Below are positions 1 to 9,890 of a DNA stretch of 64,000 nt, one piece after another. The notes under the pieces are model-generated. The model saw nothing but the letters and a program-made list of their open reading frames with translations, was not told where the DNA came from and did not search any database. How positions within the stretch are numbered: position 1 is the stretch's first letter; every line of letters starts with the position of its first letter. This DNA comes from Hyphomicrobiales bacterium (GTDB lineage: Bacteria; Pseudomonadota; Alphaproteobacteria; Rhizobiales; Aestuariivirgaceae). A program made the translations under genes and the position numbers. The stretch lies in the NCBI GenBank assembly GCA_043754325.1, contig JAYUVC010000184.1, forward strand, positions 29,872 through 93,871, in the 5' to 3' direction.

Positions 1-1
1 C

Positions 2-1060
2 CCTACATGGGCTTACCGCGCTTTTATGGATGCAGGGGAGTTCGGACTTGGCTATCTGCTGTCTTTGCTGCAACCCGGTATTGATTGTCCGGAAACAGCC
101 GCTTTTATTGACGTGACCTTGCCCAATGATACTGGTGGCACCTATGTGCGTGAGCGTGGCTTTTGCATTTTTGAACGGCCCACGGGTGATCCAGCATGGC
201 GGCATTATTCGCCAAGCCGCAAGATTGTGAGGGGGCAGCCGCAAGTGGAGTTGGTGGTGCGGCACATCCCGACGCTTGGCAACTACGACTATGTTGTCGA
301 CTATGTGTTTTCACCGCAAGGCAATATCAAGCTGCGCGTGGGTGCAACCGGATTTGACGCGATCAAATCCGTCTCGGCAAAAGACATGGATTCGCCCACC
401 GCCAAGCAGGACACCACCTATGGCAACCTGATTGCACCCTACACAGTGGCCCCCAATCATGACCATTATTTCAACTTCCGCCTCGATCTTGATGTCGATG
501 GTCAAAACAATACCCTGTCGCGGGATGTGTTCGTGGCAGGTGCCGCACCCAATGGCGGTGGGCGGAAGAGCCTGTGGACCACGAAAACCCAACGCTTTGT
601 CAAGGAAGGCCCGGTTGTTTCTGATCATGATTCGATGAGTGGAGAGGTTCTACGGGTCGTAAACCTGGGCACAGTGAACGGATTGAAGCAACATCCCAGT
701 CTCTGGTTGAATACCCACCACGACGCACAATCCATTCTCGATCCCGAAGACCCGCCGCAAGCAAGGGCACAATTTTCCAGCAGCCCGTTTTGGGTGACGC
801 GCTACAAGCCAGATGAATTGTGGGCCGCAGGGCTTTATCCCAACCTCAATCCCAAAGACGAAGGCCTGCCGCAATTTGTTGCTGATAACGAGGATGTGGC
901 CGGCCAGGATATTGTGGTCTGGTATACCATGGGGTTTCGCCATGTGACACGGCCTGAGGACTTTCCGATCTTGCCGACGTTCTGGCATGAGATGACAATA
1001 AGGCCTGCGTTTTTCTTTGACATGGACCCGTCGATGACCTTCAATTCCGGCGTAAAGTAA
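2..1060 (+). CDS. Copper amine oxidase, 5'-truncated by the window edge
   Basis: Frame is open from base 2 (PTWAYRAFMDAGEFGLG). TPQ consensus TLGNYDY, Cu-binding NHDH and GFRHVTRPEDFP. Confidence 0.92.
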   Translation, partial: PTWAYRAFMDAGEFGLGYLLSLLQPGIDCPETAAFIDVTLPNDTGGTYVRERGFCIFERPTGDPAWRHYSPSRKIVRGQPQVELVVRHIPTLGNYDYVVDYVFSPQGNIKLRVGATGFDAIKSVSAKDMDSPTAKQDTTYGNLIAPYTVAPNHDHYFNFRLDLDVDGQNNTLSRDVFVAGAAPNGGGRKSLWTTKTQRFVKEGPVVSDHDSMSGEVLRVVNLGTVNGLKQHPSLWLNTHHDAQSILDPEDPPQARAQFSSSPFWVTRYKPDELWAAGLYPNLNPKDEGLPQFVADNEDVAGQDIVVWYTMGFRHVTRPEDFPILPTFWHEMTIRPAFFFDMDPSMTFNSGVK

Positions 1061-1074
1061 CGAGGTGGTTTTAA

Positions 1075-1686
1075 ATGATGAAAATTCATGGCGACGTGAT
1101 TTCCCCTTTCACCCGCATGTGCCTTGTGACAGCACATGAGCTAGGGCTGAAGGATCAGGTGAAGCTAGTTCCTGCTGTGGTCAAACCAGCGAAGGTTAAC
1201 AGCTTACTGGCGAAGCTTTCGCCCATCGGCAAAATTCCAGTTCTTGAAACCGATCACGGCCATGCGATTTATGACAGTCGCGTGATCATGGAATATCTGG
1301 CGCATCATGCGGGCGAGAAGACGTTTATTCCCGATGATGGCGTGAAACGCTTTCGCGTTTTGACCTTGATGGCCTTGGCGCAAGGCATTGCCGATGCGGC
1401 TGTGTCGAAACGCTATGAGCAGGTGCAGCGGCCCGAAGCCATGCGTTGGCCGGAATACCGGGCCCGCCAGAAGGCCCGAATTGTGGATGGCCTTGATGAT
1501 ATTGAAGCAAACTGGATGGACAGTTTGAAAGATGTGAATGCGGCCTCAATCGCAGTGGCCTGCATGCTGGGATATATTGATTATCGCCATGATGCGCTGA
1601 ACTGGCGCAGCGGGCGCCCGCAACTGGACGCCTTTGCCAAACGTTTCAATGCCAGACTGAGCATGGAGGCGTGGCCGCTGGGATGA
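1075..1686 (+). CDS. Glutathione S-transferase family protein
   Basis: SPFTR N-terminal motif, SPIGKIPVL, DSRVI; 203 aa. Confidence 0.9.
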   Translation: MMKIHGDVISPFTRMCLVTAHELGLKDQVKLVPAVVKPAKVNSLLAKLSPIGKIPVLETDHGHAIYDSRVIMEYLAHHAGEKTFIPDDGVKRFRVLTLMALAQGIADAAVSKRYEQVQRPEAMRWPEYRARQKARIVDGLDDIEANWMDSLKDVNAASIAVACMLGYIDYRHDALNWRSGRPQLDAFAKRFNARLSMEAWPLG

Positions 1687-2864
1687 GTGATTTCAACTGC
1701 AAGGCATTGGTGGCGGGTGCAGGCCCTGCGGGATTGGTAGCTGCCTGTTTGCTGGCGCAGGCTGGCATTGACACGATTTGCATTGCGCCTCTTGCAGTCA
1801 CGGATCCGCGCACGGTGGCGCTTATGGCACCATCGCTCAAGATGCTGGAGAGCCTTGGTTTGTGGACGGATGAATTGCGGCTTCAATGTGCACCGCTGAA
1901 ACAACTTCACTTGCTGGATGATACGGGAAATCTGGTATCCGCCCCGGACGTGCGCTTTTCCGCAGCCGAAGCCAACCTCGAAGCCTTTGGCTGGAACATA
2001 CCCTTGGCGATTTTGGTACCTGCCCTGCGCGCAAAAGCAGTCCAATTTGGCGTGCGATTCATTGACGAAGAAGTTGCACGCTGTCAGGTCAATGATGCCG
2101 GTGTAGGAGTTGTCACTGAAACGGGTCAAAGCATCAGCGCCAGATTTGCAGTTGCCGCTGACGGGCGAAATTCAGTGTTGCGCAAGGCCGCAGGAATTTC
2201 CGCAACGGAATGGAGCTTCAACCAGTCAGCCCTGGTCACGCGTTTTGCCCACAGCCGCGACCATGAAGGCGTATCAACCGAATGGCACAAGTTGGGCGGC
2301 CCTTTTACCACAGTGCCCCTGCCCGGATTGCGTTCCGCCCTTGTGTGGATGGACCGCCCTGCAAAGATCGACGCGCTGACGCAGCTGTCGATGAAAGATC
2401 TGGCCCGCGAAATCCAGTTGCAAAATCATGGCACACTGGGTTTGATTTCCGACGTTGCAACGCCCCACAGTTTCCCCATGCGCGGCGTGAGAGCCGAATG
2501 CTTTGCTGCAAAACGCACCTATCTCGTCGGCGAAGCGGCGCATGTGTTTCCGCCCATTGGCGCACAAGGTCTGAACATGTCGCTGCGGGATGCAGGACAT
2601 ATGGTTGACGTTGTGTTGGCGCATGAGGATGCAGGGTCTAACAAGGCCATGCAGGAATATGATGCCCTCCGACGTCCCGACGTGCTGCCGCGACAAACGG
2701 GAATTTCGCTGATGAACCGTTCGTTGTTGGCTGAGGTGATGCCACCGCATCTGGCGCGGGCGGCAGGGCTTGCCGCGGTCGCACTCGTGCCGCCACTCCG
2801 GAGGCTGGCGATACGCGAAGGGCTCAGTCCTTCAGGCGGATTGCCCTTCGCAATGCGGGGTTAG
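1683..2864 (+). CDS. UbiH/UbiF-family FAD-dependent hydroxylase
   Basis: GAGPAG Rossmann motif, AADGRNS, LVGEAAHVFPPIGAQGLN. ATG at 1683 overlaps the GST stop (ATGA). Confidence 0.88.
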   Translation: MSDFNCKALVAGAGPAGLVAACLLAQAGIDTICIAPLAVTDPRTVALMAPSLKMLESLGLWTDELRLQCAPLKQLHLLDDTGNLVSAPDVRFSAAEANLEAFGWNIPLAILVPALRAKAVQFGVRFIDEEVARCQVNDAGVGVVTETGQSISARFAVAADGRNSVLRKAAGISATEWSFNQSALVTRFAHSRDHEGVSTEWHKLGGPFTTVPLPGLRSALVWMDRPAKIDALTQLSMKDLAREIQLQNHGTLGLISDVATPHSFPMRGVRAECFAAKRTYLVGEAAHVFPPIGAQGLNMSLRDAGHMVDVVLAHEDAGSNKAMQEYDALRRPDVLPRQTGISLMNRSLLAEVMPPHLARAAGLAAVALVPPLRRLAIREGLSPSGGLPFAMRG

Positions 2865-2902
2865 AGCGCAGTATCAAGAGTTGCTATCTTTGCTTTATCC
2901 CA

Positions 2903-2986
2903 CGTCATTCCCACGAAAGTGGGAATCCAGACTTTCAACGAGCGAGATCGTGGAAAGTCTGGATTCCCGCGTTCGCGGGAATGACG
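2903..2986. repeat. Palindromic repeat, family D (two ATTCCC-N8-GGGAAT units, dRS3/RPE-like)
   Basis: CGTCATTCCCACGAAAGTGGGAATCCAGACTTTC ... GAAAGTCTGGATTCCCGCGTTCGCGGGAATGACG, between convergent genes. Confidence 0.85.
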
Positions 2987-3019
2987 GGTTTCGTGGTATT
3001 GTTTCTAGCACTCATAACG

Positions 3020-3048
3020 AAAGAAAACCCGGCGCTTGCGCAACCGGG
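3020..3048 (-). terminator. Rho-independent terminator of the nlpD-like gene
   Basis: Minus strand CCCGGTTGCGCAAGCGCCGGG followed by TTTTCTTT, 30 bp after the stop. Confidence 0.65.
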
Positions 3049-3077
3049 CCTTCTGTCCTGCAGGGGACTTCTTGGTA

Positions 3078-4445
3078 TCAGTTTGACGCGGTTGTGGAGG
3101 CCATGAACTTGATTGGATCAAGTGCCGTGGCACCTTTCCGCACTTCGAAGTGAAGCTGCGGGCTGGACACTGAGCCGGTCTGGCCGGCTTTCGCGATCAC
3201 GGCTCCACGTTCAACCTTGTCGCCACGCTTCACGAACAGTTCCTTGGCGTGGGCATAGGCTGTTACGTAACCGCCGGGGTGGCGAATGAGCACAAGATTG
3301 CCGTAGCCTTTCAATTCGTTTCCGGCATAGGCGACCACACCGGTATCAGCGGCACGCACCGAGGTGCCTTCAGGCACGGCAATGTTGATGCCTTCATTCT
3401 TCAAGCCGCCGGGCTTGTTGCCAAAACCGGAAATCACTTTGCCTTTCAGCGGCCAACGCAAGTTGAAACCTGCTTGGGTTGCCGGAGCTTCGGCGACATC
3501 GACCGATTCTTTCAGCAATGGCTTTGCCTGAGCGACAACTTTCTTCGGGCTTTCACCAATTGCGGCTTCACCATCAGAGCTATCAGCTTCAGCTGTTTGT
3601 TCTTCTTCGGCGAGGGAAATGACCTGCTTCTTTTTCCTGAACGCGACCGGCTTTTCAACGGGTTCGTTGTCTGCCACCTGCTCTTGGTCAGCAATCGGCT
3701 TCATAGCCTTTGCACCAGGAATCCTGATTTGCTGACCGAGTGACAATTGCTTGTCTTTTTCGAGGCCATTGCTGTTTGCGATTGCAAAAGGCGACACGTC
3801 ATATTTTCGACCCAGCGAGTAAAGCGTTTCACCTGAAGCCACAGTATGGAGTGCGCCGGACTTCGGAGCTTTCGACACTGGTGCAGCATCGGCCACATCT
3901 TCTTCGACCACGGGTTTTGACTGGTTGAACTTGATCTTCTTCTTCGGTGCCACGTCGACGGTTGCAAGTTCTTCTTCGGGTGCCAAAACCAGTTTTGGCT
4001 TGACAGCTTGTGCGCGTTTAAACGGGGCTTTGGCGGAAGCTGGAGCCACGTAGTCGTCAACGGTTGCTTCGGCATCGGCTGCAATTTCTTCTGGTGCTGC
4101 GATGAGGCGCGGCCGCTTTGCTGTCAGCTTCGGCTGCTTGTAGGCGGGCGTATAGGCTGATGCATAGTCCTTGGGTCTGGCCATGGGAATTGCCGCACGC
4201 TTGATTGGCGATTCTTCGATGATGTCATCGGCAGCAGCCGCGTCATAGGAAGGTGCCTTGTAGCGGGGTTTCACCAGTTTTTTGGGTTTGGGCACCGACG
4301 CTGTGTAAACAGGATCAGCATCCGACGGATTGTCGTAAGCCGACTGAAAACGCTCGATGCTATTGGAACAACCGGCCAGCAAAGCAGCAGTGGCAACGGT
4401 TACGAGTGCCTTGGCGACAAGGCCACGGGTCAAAGAACAACGCAT
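3078..4445 (-). CDS. nlpD: LysM + M23 (LytM) lipoprotein, NlpD/DipM-like
   Basis: Lipobox LAGC, LysM (HTVASGETLYSLGRKY), C-terminal M23 (WPLKG, NEGINI, LHFEVR). Start placed at MRCSLTRG (4445). Confidence 0.85.
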   Translation of the reverse strand: MRCSLTRGLVAKALVTVATAALLAGCSNSIERFQSAYDNPSDADPVYTASVPKPKKLVKPRYKAPSYDAAAADDIIEESPIKRAAIPMARPKDYASAYTPAYKQPKLTAKRPRLIAAPEEIAADAEATVDDYVAPASAKAPFKRAQAVKPKLVLAPEEELATVDVAPKKKIKFNQSKPVVEEDVADAAPVSKAPKSGALHTVASGETLYSLGRKYDVSPFAIANSNGLEKDKQLSLGQQIRIPGAKAMKPIADQEQVADNEPVEKPVAFRKKKQVISLAEEEQTAEADSSDGEAAIGESPKKVVAQAKPLLKESVDVAEAPATQAGFNLRWPLKGKVISGFGNKPGGLKNEGINIAVPEGTSVRAADTGVVAYAGNELKGYGNLVLIRHPGGYVTAYAHAKELFVKRGDKVERGAVIAKAGQTGSVSSPQLHFEVRKGATALDPIKFMASTTASN

Positions 4446-4545
4446 ACGCAAACTCCGGTACAAACAAAATAACTCAGTGAACAGAGAATGACGGTGATGG
4501 GTTAAAGGAGCGTTAGCGTTAACAGGAATTTTGCGAAATGGAATT

Positions 4546-5166
4546 TCAGCGTTCGACAACGACGGTCGCGCCAACCGTCACACGGTTGTAAAGATCAATG
4601 ACCTGTTCATTCAACATGCGAATGCAGCCTGAAGATACGGCACGCCCAATGCTCCACGGTTGCGTGGTGCCGTGTATGCGGAATTCGGTGGAACCGATGT
4701 AAAGTGCGCGTGCGCCAAGCGGGTTTTGCGGCCCGCCCTCCATTTGTTCGGGGAGATAGTGTCCACGCTTGGCTTCCCGGTCGATCATGATGGCAGGTGG
4801 CCGCCATGTTGGCCATTCGGCTTTGCGCGAGATCTGATTGCGGCCTGACCAGGTGAAACCCTCACGACCCACACCAACCGAATAACGCAACGCCTGGCCA
4901 CCGGGCAACACGTAATAGAGTTTTCGCTCGCCGGTTTTGACCAGAACTGAACCGGGGGCGAGATCACGTTTGAATGCAACAGTTTCGACTGCGAGGCGTT
5001 GATCAATGGAGTCCATGGCATAGTCCATGTTCTCCGGGTCACGTTGCAACATGGCATCGTCATCGCTGCCATTCATGGCGCCCAGAATTTCCAGTTTTTG
5101 GGATTGGCTTTCGGCAGACGTGACAAGGCCGACGAGTACAACCGCCGCCAACAGAAGGTTTTTCAT
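4546..5166 (-). CDS. L,D-transpeptidase (ErfK/YkuD family)
   Basis: NPLGARALY, RIHGT, SSGCIRM catalytic motif. Signal peptide from MKNLLLAA (5166). Confidence 0.92.
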   Translation of the reverse strand: MKNLLLAAVVLVGLVTSAESQSQKLEILGAMNGSDDDAMLQRDPENMDYAMDSIDQRLAVETVAFKRDLAPGSVLVKTGERKLYYVLPGGQALRYSVGVGREGFTWSGRNQISRKAEWPTWRPPAIMIDREAKRGHYLPEQMEGGPQNPLGARALYIGSTEFRIHGTTQPWSIGRAVSSGCIRMLNEQVIDLYNRVTVGATVVVER

Positions 5167-5211
5167 TCTCGAACTATTCCACATCATTGAAACCAATGTG
5201 GCAGGCCGTGC

Positions 5212-5226
5212 TTAATCAGGGTTTAA
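5212..5226. promoter_or_regulatory. CtrA-type box TTAA-N7-TTAA upstream of the L,D-transpeptidase
   Basis: Exact TTAA-TCAGGGT-TTAA, 46 bp upstream of the predicted start. Confidence 0.5.
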
Positions 5227-5695
5227 GCTGACGAAGCGTCAATGCAGCAGATTTGTGCGACAGCGGATGTTTCCAGTCTGGTGCAACGTCGACAATGGGT
5301 TGCAAGACAAAACAGCGTTGTTCGATTCCAGGATGCGGCAAGGTCAATGGTCTGATGGAATGGCGCGATGGTTTGCGGATGATGCCATGGTAATCAAGCA
5401 AATCGAGATCCAGGGTGCGGGGGCCCCAGCGTTGCAAACGTCTGCGCCCTGCCCTGCGCTCGATCATGTGGAGCGCACGCATCAGGATTTCGGGAGGCAA
5501 AACAGTTTCCGCCCGGACCACTGCATTGATAAAGTCGGGTTGGGTGAGAACACCGAAAGGTGCGGTCTGGATGAGGCGGGAGACTGTCTGTACACGGATG
5601 TTGTGGTGTTGCATTTCGGCGATGGCCCGCAAAACAGTTTGCTGTGGCGTTCCCCAAGGTCCGGTGAGATTGCTGCCGAGTGCGATGAGAATCAT
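5216..5695 (-). CDS. folK: 2-amino-4-hydroxy-6-hydroxymethyldihydropteridine pyrophosphokinase
   Basis: IALGSNL, QPDFINAV, RWGPRTLDLDLL, LPHP. Confidence 0.96.
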   Translation of the reverse strand: MILIALGSNLTGPWGTPQQTVLRAIAEMQHHNIRVQTVSRLIQTAPFGVLTQPDFINAVVRAETVLPPEILMRALHMIERRAGRRRLQRWGPRTLDLDLLDYHGIIRKPSRHSIRPLTLPHPGIEQRCFVLQPIVDVAPDWKHPLSHKSAALTLRQLKP

Positions 5696-6201
5696 GATTG
5701 CAGGGCTTTCAACACATCGGCGGCGTTTCGTTCGGGATTGGGGACCGGGGACAGATCGTGGGTGATGACCGCGTTGTTGATGATGAGTGTGCGGCGGACG
5801 AGAAAGTCGTCGGCACCTGCCTTGAAAGTTTGAAGGTTGAGTGCAGACGACAGCTTTCGTTCCACATCCGATAAAAGCGGAAACGGCAGGCTGTGCCGTG
5901 TTGCAAACTCTTGTTGCCAGACTGTTGTCTGGAAACTGACGCCGTAGATGTTCACGTCAAGCTTTTGGAATTCGGCGTAAGTTTCTGAAAATGCGAGGGC
6001 TTGTGGTGTTGAACCATGAGCGCCCGGAATGTTGTCCCAACCCTCAGGATCGGGATGGCCCGGTTTTCCGGTGTAGGGGTAGAAGAAAAAGATGCTGCGC
6101 GTGAGGAGAATATGTGTGCTTCCGTCGGTTGACGGCAGAGGGATGTTCGGGAATTTTGTTCCGATCAGGCTGGGCATGGAATGATGCTCCCTCTCCGTCA
6201 T
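5692..6201 (-). CDS. Peroxiredoxin-like (BCP/AhpC-TSA fold) protein lacking cysteine
   Basis: [38 protein letters not shown] match the family. The peroxidatic Cys position is Ser. Translationally coupled to smpB and folK. Confidence 0.8.
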   Translation of the reverse strand: MTEREHHSMPSLIGTKFPNIPLPSTDGSTHILLTRSIFFFYPYTGKPGHPDPEGWDNIPGAHGSTPQALAFSETYAEFQKLDVNIYGVSFQTTVWQQEFATRHSLPFPLLSDVERKLSSALNLQTFKAGADDFLVRRTLIINNAVITHDLSPVPNPERNAADVLKALQS

Positions 6202-6695
6202 CCCCTGTCCCGCAACAAACGCCCTTTTTCACGATTCCATTCCCGCTCCTTGGTGTTCTCACGCTTGTCGTGCAACTTGCGGCCCTTGGCCAGGGCGATG
6301 TCCACTTTCACGCGGCCCTTGGTGTTGAAAAAAATCTTCAACGGCACAATGGTCAGGCCTTCACGCAACACTCCCACCGCCAGACGGTCAATCTGTTTCC
6401 GGTGCAGCAGCAAGCGGCGCGGCCGTTTGGGTTCGTGGTTGAAGCGGTTGGCCTCGCGGTATTCGGGGATGTTTGAATTGAACAGCAACAATTCATTGCC
6501 CTTCATCGCGGCATAGGCTTCGCCCAGATTGACGTGGCCCACGCGCAGGGATTTGACTTCGGAGCCTTTCAGTTCGATTCCGGCCTCGAAGGTTTCCATG
6601 AGTTCATAATCAAAGCGGGCGCGGCGGTTGTCGCCTTTGACGATGATACCGCCCCCGGCGCCTGATTTTTTCGCGCCGCCACTTTTTGCTGACAT
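6198..6695 (-). CDS. smpB: SsrA-binding protein
   Basis: [40 protein letters not shown]. Confidence 0.97.
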   Translation of the reverse strand: MSAKSGGAKKSGAGGGIIVKGDNRRARFDYELMETFEAGIELKGSEVKSLRVGHVNLGEAYAAMKGNELLLFNSNIPEYREANRFNHEPKRPRRLLLHRKQIDRLAVGVLREGLTIVPLKIFFNTKGRVKVDIALAKGRKLHDKRENTKEREWNREKGRLLRDRG

Positions 6696-6696
6696 G

Positions 6697-7578
6697 TCAG
6701 TTGATCAGCCCCGCATGCTTCATGGCGTGTTGGACGGCTTTCTTGGTGGCGTCTGTGACGGGCACCATGGGCAGCCGCGCATCAGGCGTGCAGTAGCCGA
6801 GCAGGCTCACGGCGTATTTGATGGGGCCGGGGTTGGTTTCCACAAAAAGTGCATTGTGCAATGGCATCAAACGGTCTTGCAGTTTGAGGGCGGCCTTGAA
6901 ATCGCCGCGCAAGGTGGCTTCTTGAAATTCGGCGCAAAGGCGTGGTGCCACATTGGCTGTCACCGAAATGCAACCCACGCCGCCGTGGGCGTTGAAACCC
7001 AGAGCAGCTCCATCTTCCCCGCAGAGTTGAATAAAGCCTTCTCCCGAAGCGAGGCGCTGCAAAGACGGCCGTGTCATGTCGCCAGTCGCATCCTTGGTGC
7101 CGATGATGTTTTGGCAGTCTTTGGAAAGGCGCGCCAGTGTTTCCACACTTATGGCAACAACCGTGCGACCCGGCACGTTGTAAACAAATATTGGAATATC
7201 AACTGCTTCGGCGATGGCCTTATAGTGTTGATAGAGGCCTTCCTGGGTTGGTTTGTTGTAATAGGGACACACGATCAATGCAGCATCGGCACCCGCTTTT
7301 TTGGCGTGTGACGCATATTCAATGGCTTCCGCAGTATTGTTGGAGCCTGCACCAGCAATGACCGGCACCCTGCCCTTGGCTTCTTCAACACAAATCTCGA
7401 TCAGCCGCTTGTGTTCGGCTGGTGTTACCGTGGGACTTTCGCCTGTGGTGCCGACGGGAACCAGACCGTGGCTTCCCTCTTTTATCTGCCACGCCACGAA
7501 TTTGCGGAAGGCAGCTTCATCGACAGCGCCATCCTTCATCGGCGTTATCAAAGCAGGAAAAGATCCTTGGAATTTCAC
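6697..7578 (-). CDS. dapA: 4-hydroxy-tetrahydrodipicolinate synthase
   Basis: [36 protein letters not shown]. Confidence 0.97.
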   Translation of the reverse strand: MKFQGSFPALITPMKDGAVDEAAFRKFVAWQIKEGSHGLVPVGTTGESPTVTPAEHKRLIEICVEEAKGRVPVIAGAGSNNTAEAIEYASHAKKAGADAALIVCPYYNKPTQEGLYQHYKAIAEAVDIPIFVYNVPGRTVVAISVETLARLSKDCQNIIGTKDATGDMTRPSLQRLASGEGFIQLCGEDGAALGFNAHGGVGCISVTANVAPRLCAEFQEATLRGDFKAALKLQDRLMPLHNALFVETNPGPIKYAVSLLGYCTPDARLPMVPVTDATKKAVQHAMKHAGLIN

Positions 7579-7796
7579 GGCATCCTCACATTCATTGGAT
7601 TGGGTAAGAAGTTCTAAACCATAAAACGGCTACGCTTGCAGTTCGATACAACGCGCCTTTTCAAAGTCGCGGCACCATAGTCGTTCATTTCCGGAACGGC
7701 AAGCAAGAGCGAGCGTGGCCCCAAAGCCGTCGCAATCTTTCCCTAACGGGCTGCTTGATCACCGGAGTTGCGCGTTTGTCAGAAGTTGGAGTGAGC

Positions 7797-9890
7797 ATGT
7801 TTCCGGAATTGAACCGTCGTCGGGTGTTAAAGGGACTGTTTGCGTCAACAGCAATGGCACTGGTGCCGTTCGTGGCCATGACGGTTACAGCGGAAGCAGC
7901 CAACCCCATGGCGATTGCTGCCGTCAAGGAGGCACTGCGCGGCAATTTTACCGATGCCGGGGCTTTTGCTGACCGTTCAGGCGACAGTGCCGCCATCAAG
8001 CTGGTAGAACTGCTCTATTTGAAAGACCACGGCAAGGATGCGGGTTTTCAGCGGATACGTGATTTTCAGACGGCTGCGCCCAAGTGGCCATTGTCAGAAA
8101 CGCTGAAGAAGCGGGCCGAACAGTCACTGTTCCAAAATCCTGAAGCGGCGGAAACAGTTGCGGCCTATTTTGAAAAGAACGAAACGTTCACGGCTGAAGG
8201 CCATGCGGCCCATGCGCGTGCCTTGTATCAACTTGGTCGCAACGACGAGGCCAGGACCGAGCTGCGCCGCGGCTGGATGAAAACCGATATGGAAGCTGAT
8301 GTGGAAAAACGAATCGCCTCTGAATTTGGCGGTCAGCTCACAGCGTCGGACCACAAGGCCCGTTTGGGTCGTTTGATTTACGGGCAACAACCCGCCGCTG
8401 CGGTGCGCCATGCCAAGCGTTTGAGCGCTGACCAACAAAAGGTAGCCCAGGTTGCACAACTTTTGCTGCGTGGTGCAGGCGGTGCTGAAGGGGCCTATGC
8501 AAGTCTGCCCGCAGCGCTGCGCAATGAACTGCCACTGCGCTATGCCATGGCAAGGCTCTATCGCAAGCAGGAAAAATTCGGCAAAGCCCGCAGTATTTTG
8601 CTGGCAGCGCCCGCTACTGCAACTGAACTGGGTGACCCCTCCGCATGGTTTGATGAGCGCCGCATTATTGCCCGCCGTTCTATCGGTCCCTACAACAAGG
8701 CAACATGGAGTGCGGCCTATCAGATCGCCAGCCGCCATGGCATTACGTCTGGTGATGACCTGACAGACGCTGAATTCCTCGCAGGCTGGATCGCACTGCG
8801 TTACGGCCGCAATACTGATGCTGCACTGAAGCATTTCAACCGCCTGATTGAAGCAGCAACCTCGCGCACCGACAAGGCGCGTGGGGCCTATTGGTTGGGC
8901 CGGACTTATCTTGCTGCGGGCGACAAGGGAACGGCCACAAAATATTTCAAGTCAGCCGCACAGCATTCAACCATTTACTACGGCCAGTTGGCACGTGAAT
9001 ATGTGGGGCTTGGCGGCATCCCGGAGGAAATCGCGGGTGACGGTGCGTCAGCAGGTGCAAGGTCGCGGGTTGAGAGTGACGAGGTTATCCGTGCACTGAG
9101 GATCATGTACACGGCTTCGGGCAAGGCCAATTTGCACATGTTTTTGTTTTCGATTGCCAGCCGCTTCAAGACTGTGGATGAGATGAACGCTGCCGCTGGT
9201 ATCGTTCACGACATGGGCGGCACTTATCTGGCGCTGAAACTGGCGAAAGCAGCTGGTACTTTCAAGGTTGATATCGACTCGTGGGCTTATCCGGTTCGCG
9301 GGCTTCCGAACTGGGCGCAAATCGGAAAGCCAGTTGAAAAGGCCTTGGTGTTTGGTTTGTCGCGGCAGGAAAGCGAATTCAACCCCGATGCAGGAAGCCG
9401 CGTTGGCGCACAAGGCCTGATGCAGTTGATGCCGGGAACGGCAAAGCTGGTGGCGCGGCAATACCGTGTGCCCTACGCGCAAGCCAAGCTCAAGGGTGAC
9501 CCGGCCTATAACGTGAAATTGGGTGCGGCGCATTTGGCGGATCTGGTGTCGGACTTCAACGGCTCCTATGTCCTCACGTTGGTTGCCTATAACGCCGGAC
9601 CACGTCGTGCCAAAGAATGGGTTGAGGCATTTGGGGATTTGCGTTCCGGCCAGGTTGACCCTGTGGATTGGGTCGAGAATATTCCGTTCCAGGAAACCCG
9701 GCAATATGTGCAGAAGGTTTTGCAGAATGTGCATATCTATCGTTCGCGGCTGGCCCCGAAAACGGTTCGACCGATGACGGCGGATCTGCGCCGCGGCACA
9801 CCTTCGGATGTGACTGTGGCTTCAATCAGTGCACCGGAAGAAAAACAATGCGGCAGTGTATTGACGTCGTTCCTGACCGGCTGTGATTGA
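7797..9890 (+). CDS. slt: Soluble lytic murein transglycosylase (Slt70-like)
   Basis: Helical N-terminal region. SLT domain SRQESEF, GAQGLMQLMP, AYNAGP, ETRQYV. Start at MFPELN (7797). Confidence 0.92.
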   Translation: MFPELNRRRVLKGLFASTAMALVPFVAMTVTAEAANPMAIAAVKEALRGNFTDAGAFADRSGDSAAIKLVELLYLKDHGKDAGFQRIRDFQTAAPKWPLSETLKKRAEQSLFQNPEAAETVAAYFEKNETFTAEGHAAHARALYQLGRNDEARTELRRGWMKTDMEADVEKRIASEFGGQLTASDHKARLGRLIYGQQPAAAVRHAKRLSADQQKVAQVAQLLLRGAGGAEGAYASLPAALRNELPLRYAMARLYRKQEKFGKARSILLAAPATATELGDPSAWFDERRIIARRSIGPYNKATWSAAYQIASRHGITSGDDLTDAEFLAGWIALRYGRNTDAALKHFNRLIEAATSRTDKARGAYWLGRTYLAAGDKGTATKYFKSAAQHSTIYYGQLAREYVGLGGIPEEIAGDGASAGARSRVESDEVIRALRIMYTASGKANLHMFLFSIASRFKTVDEMNAAAGIVHDMGGTYLALKLAKAAGTFKVDIDSWAYPVRGLPNWAQIGKPVEKALVFGLSRQESEFNPDAGSRVGAQGLMQLMPGTAKLVARQYRVPYAQAKLKGDPAYNVKLGAAHLADLVSDFNGSYVLTLVAYNAGPRRAKEWVEAFGDLRSGQVDPVDWVENIPFQETRQYVQKVLQNVHIYRSRLAPKTVRPMTADLRRGTPSDVTVASISAPEEKQCGSVLTSFLTGCD

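Noticed and set aside
3078-3460. Degenerate M23 zinc site (NEGIN instead of HxxxD)
   Set aside because: Normal for NlpD/DipM-type amidase activators.
6010-6012. Selenocysteine in the peroxiredoxin active site
   Set aside because: The plus strand reads TGA, but the coding (minus) strand codon is TCA, Ser.
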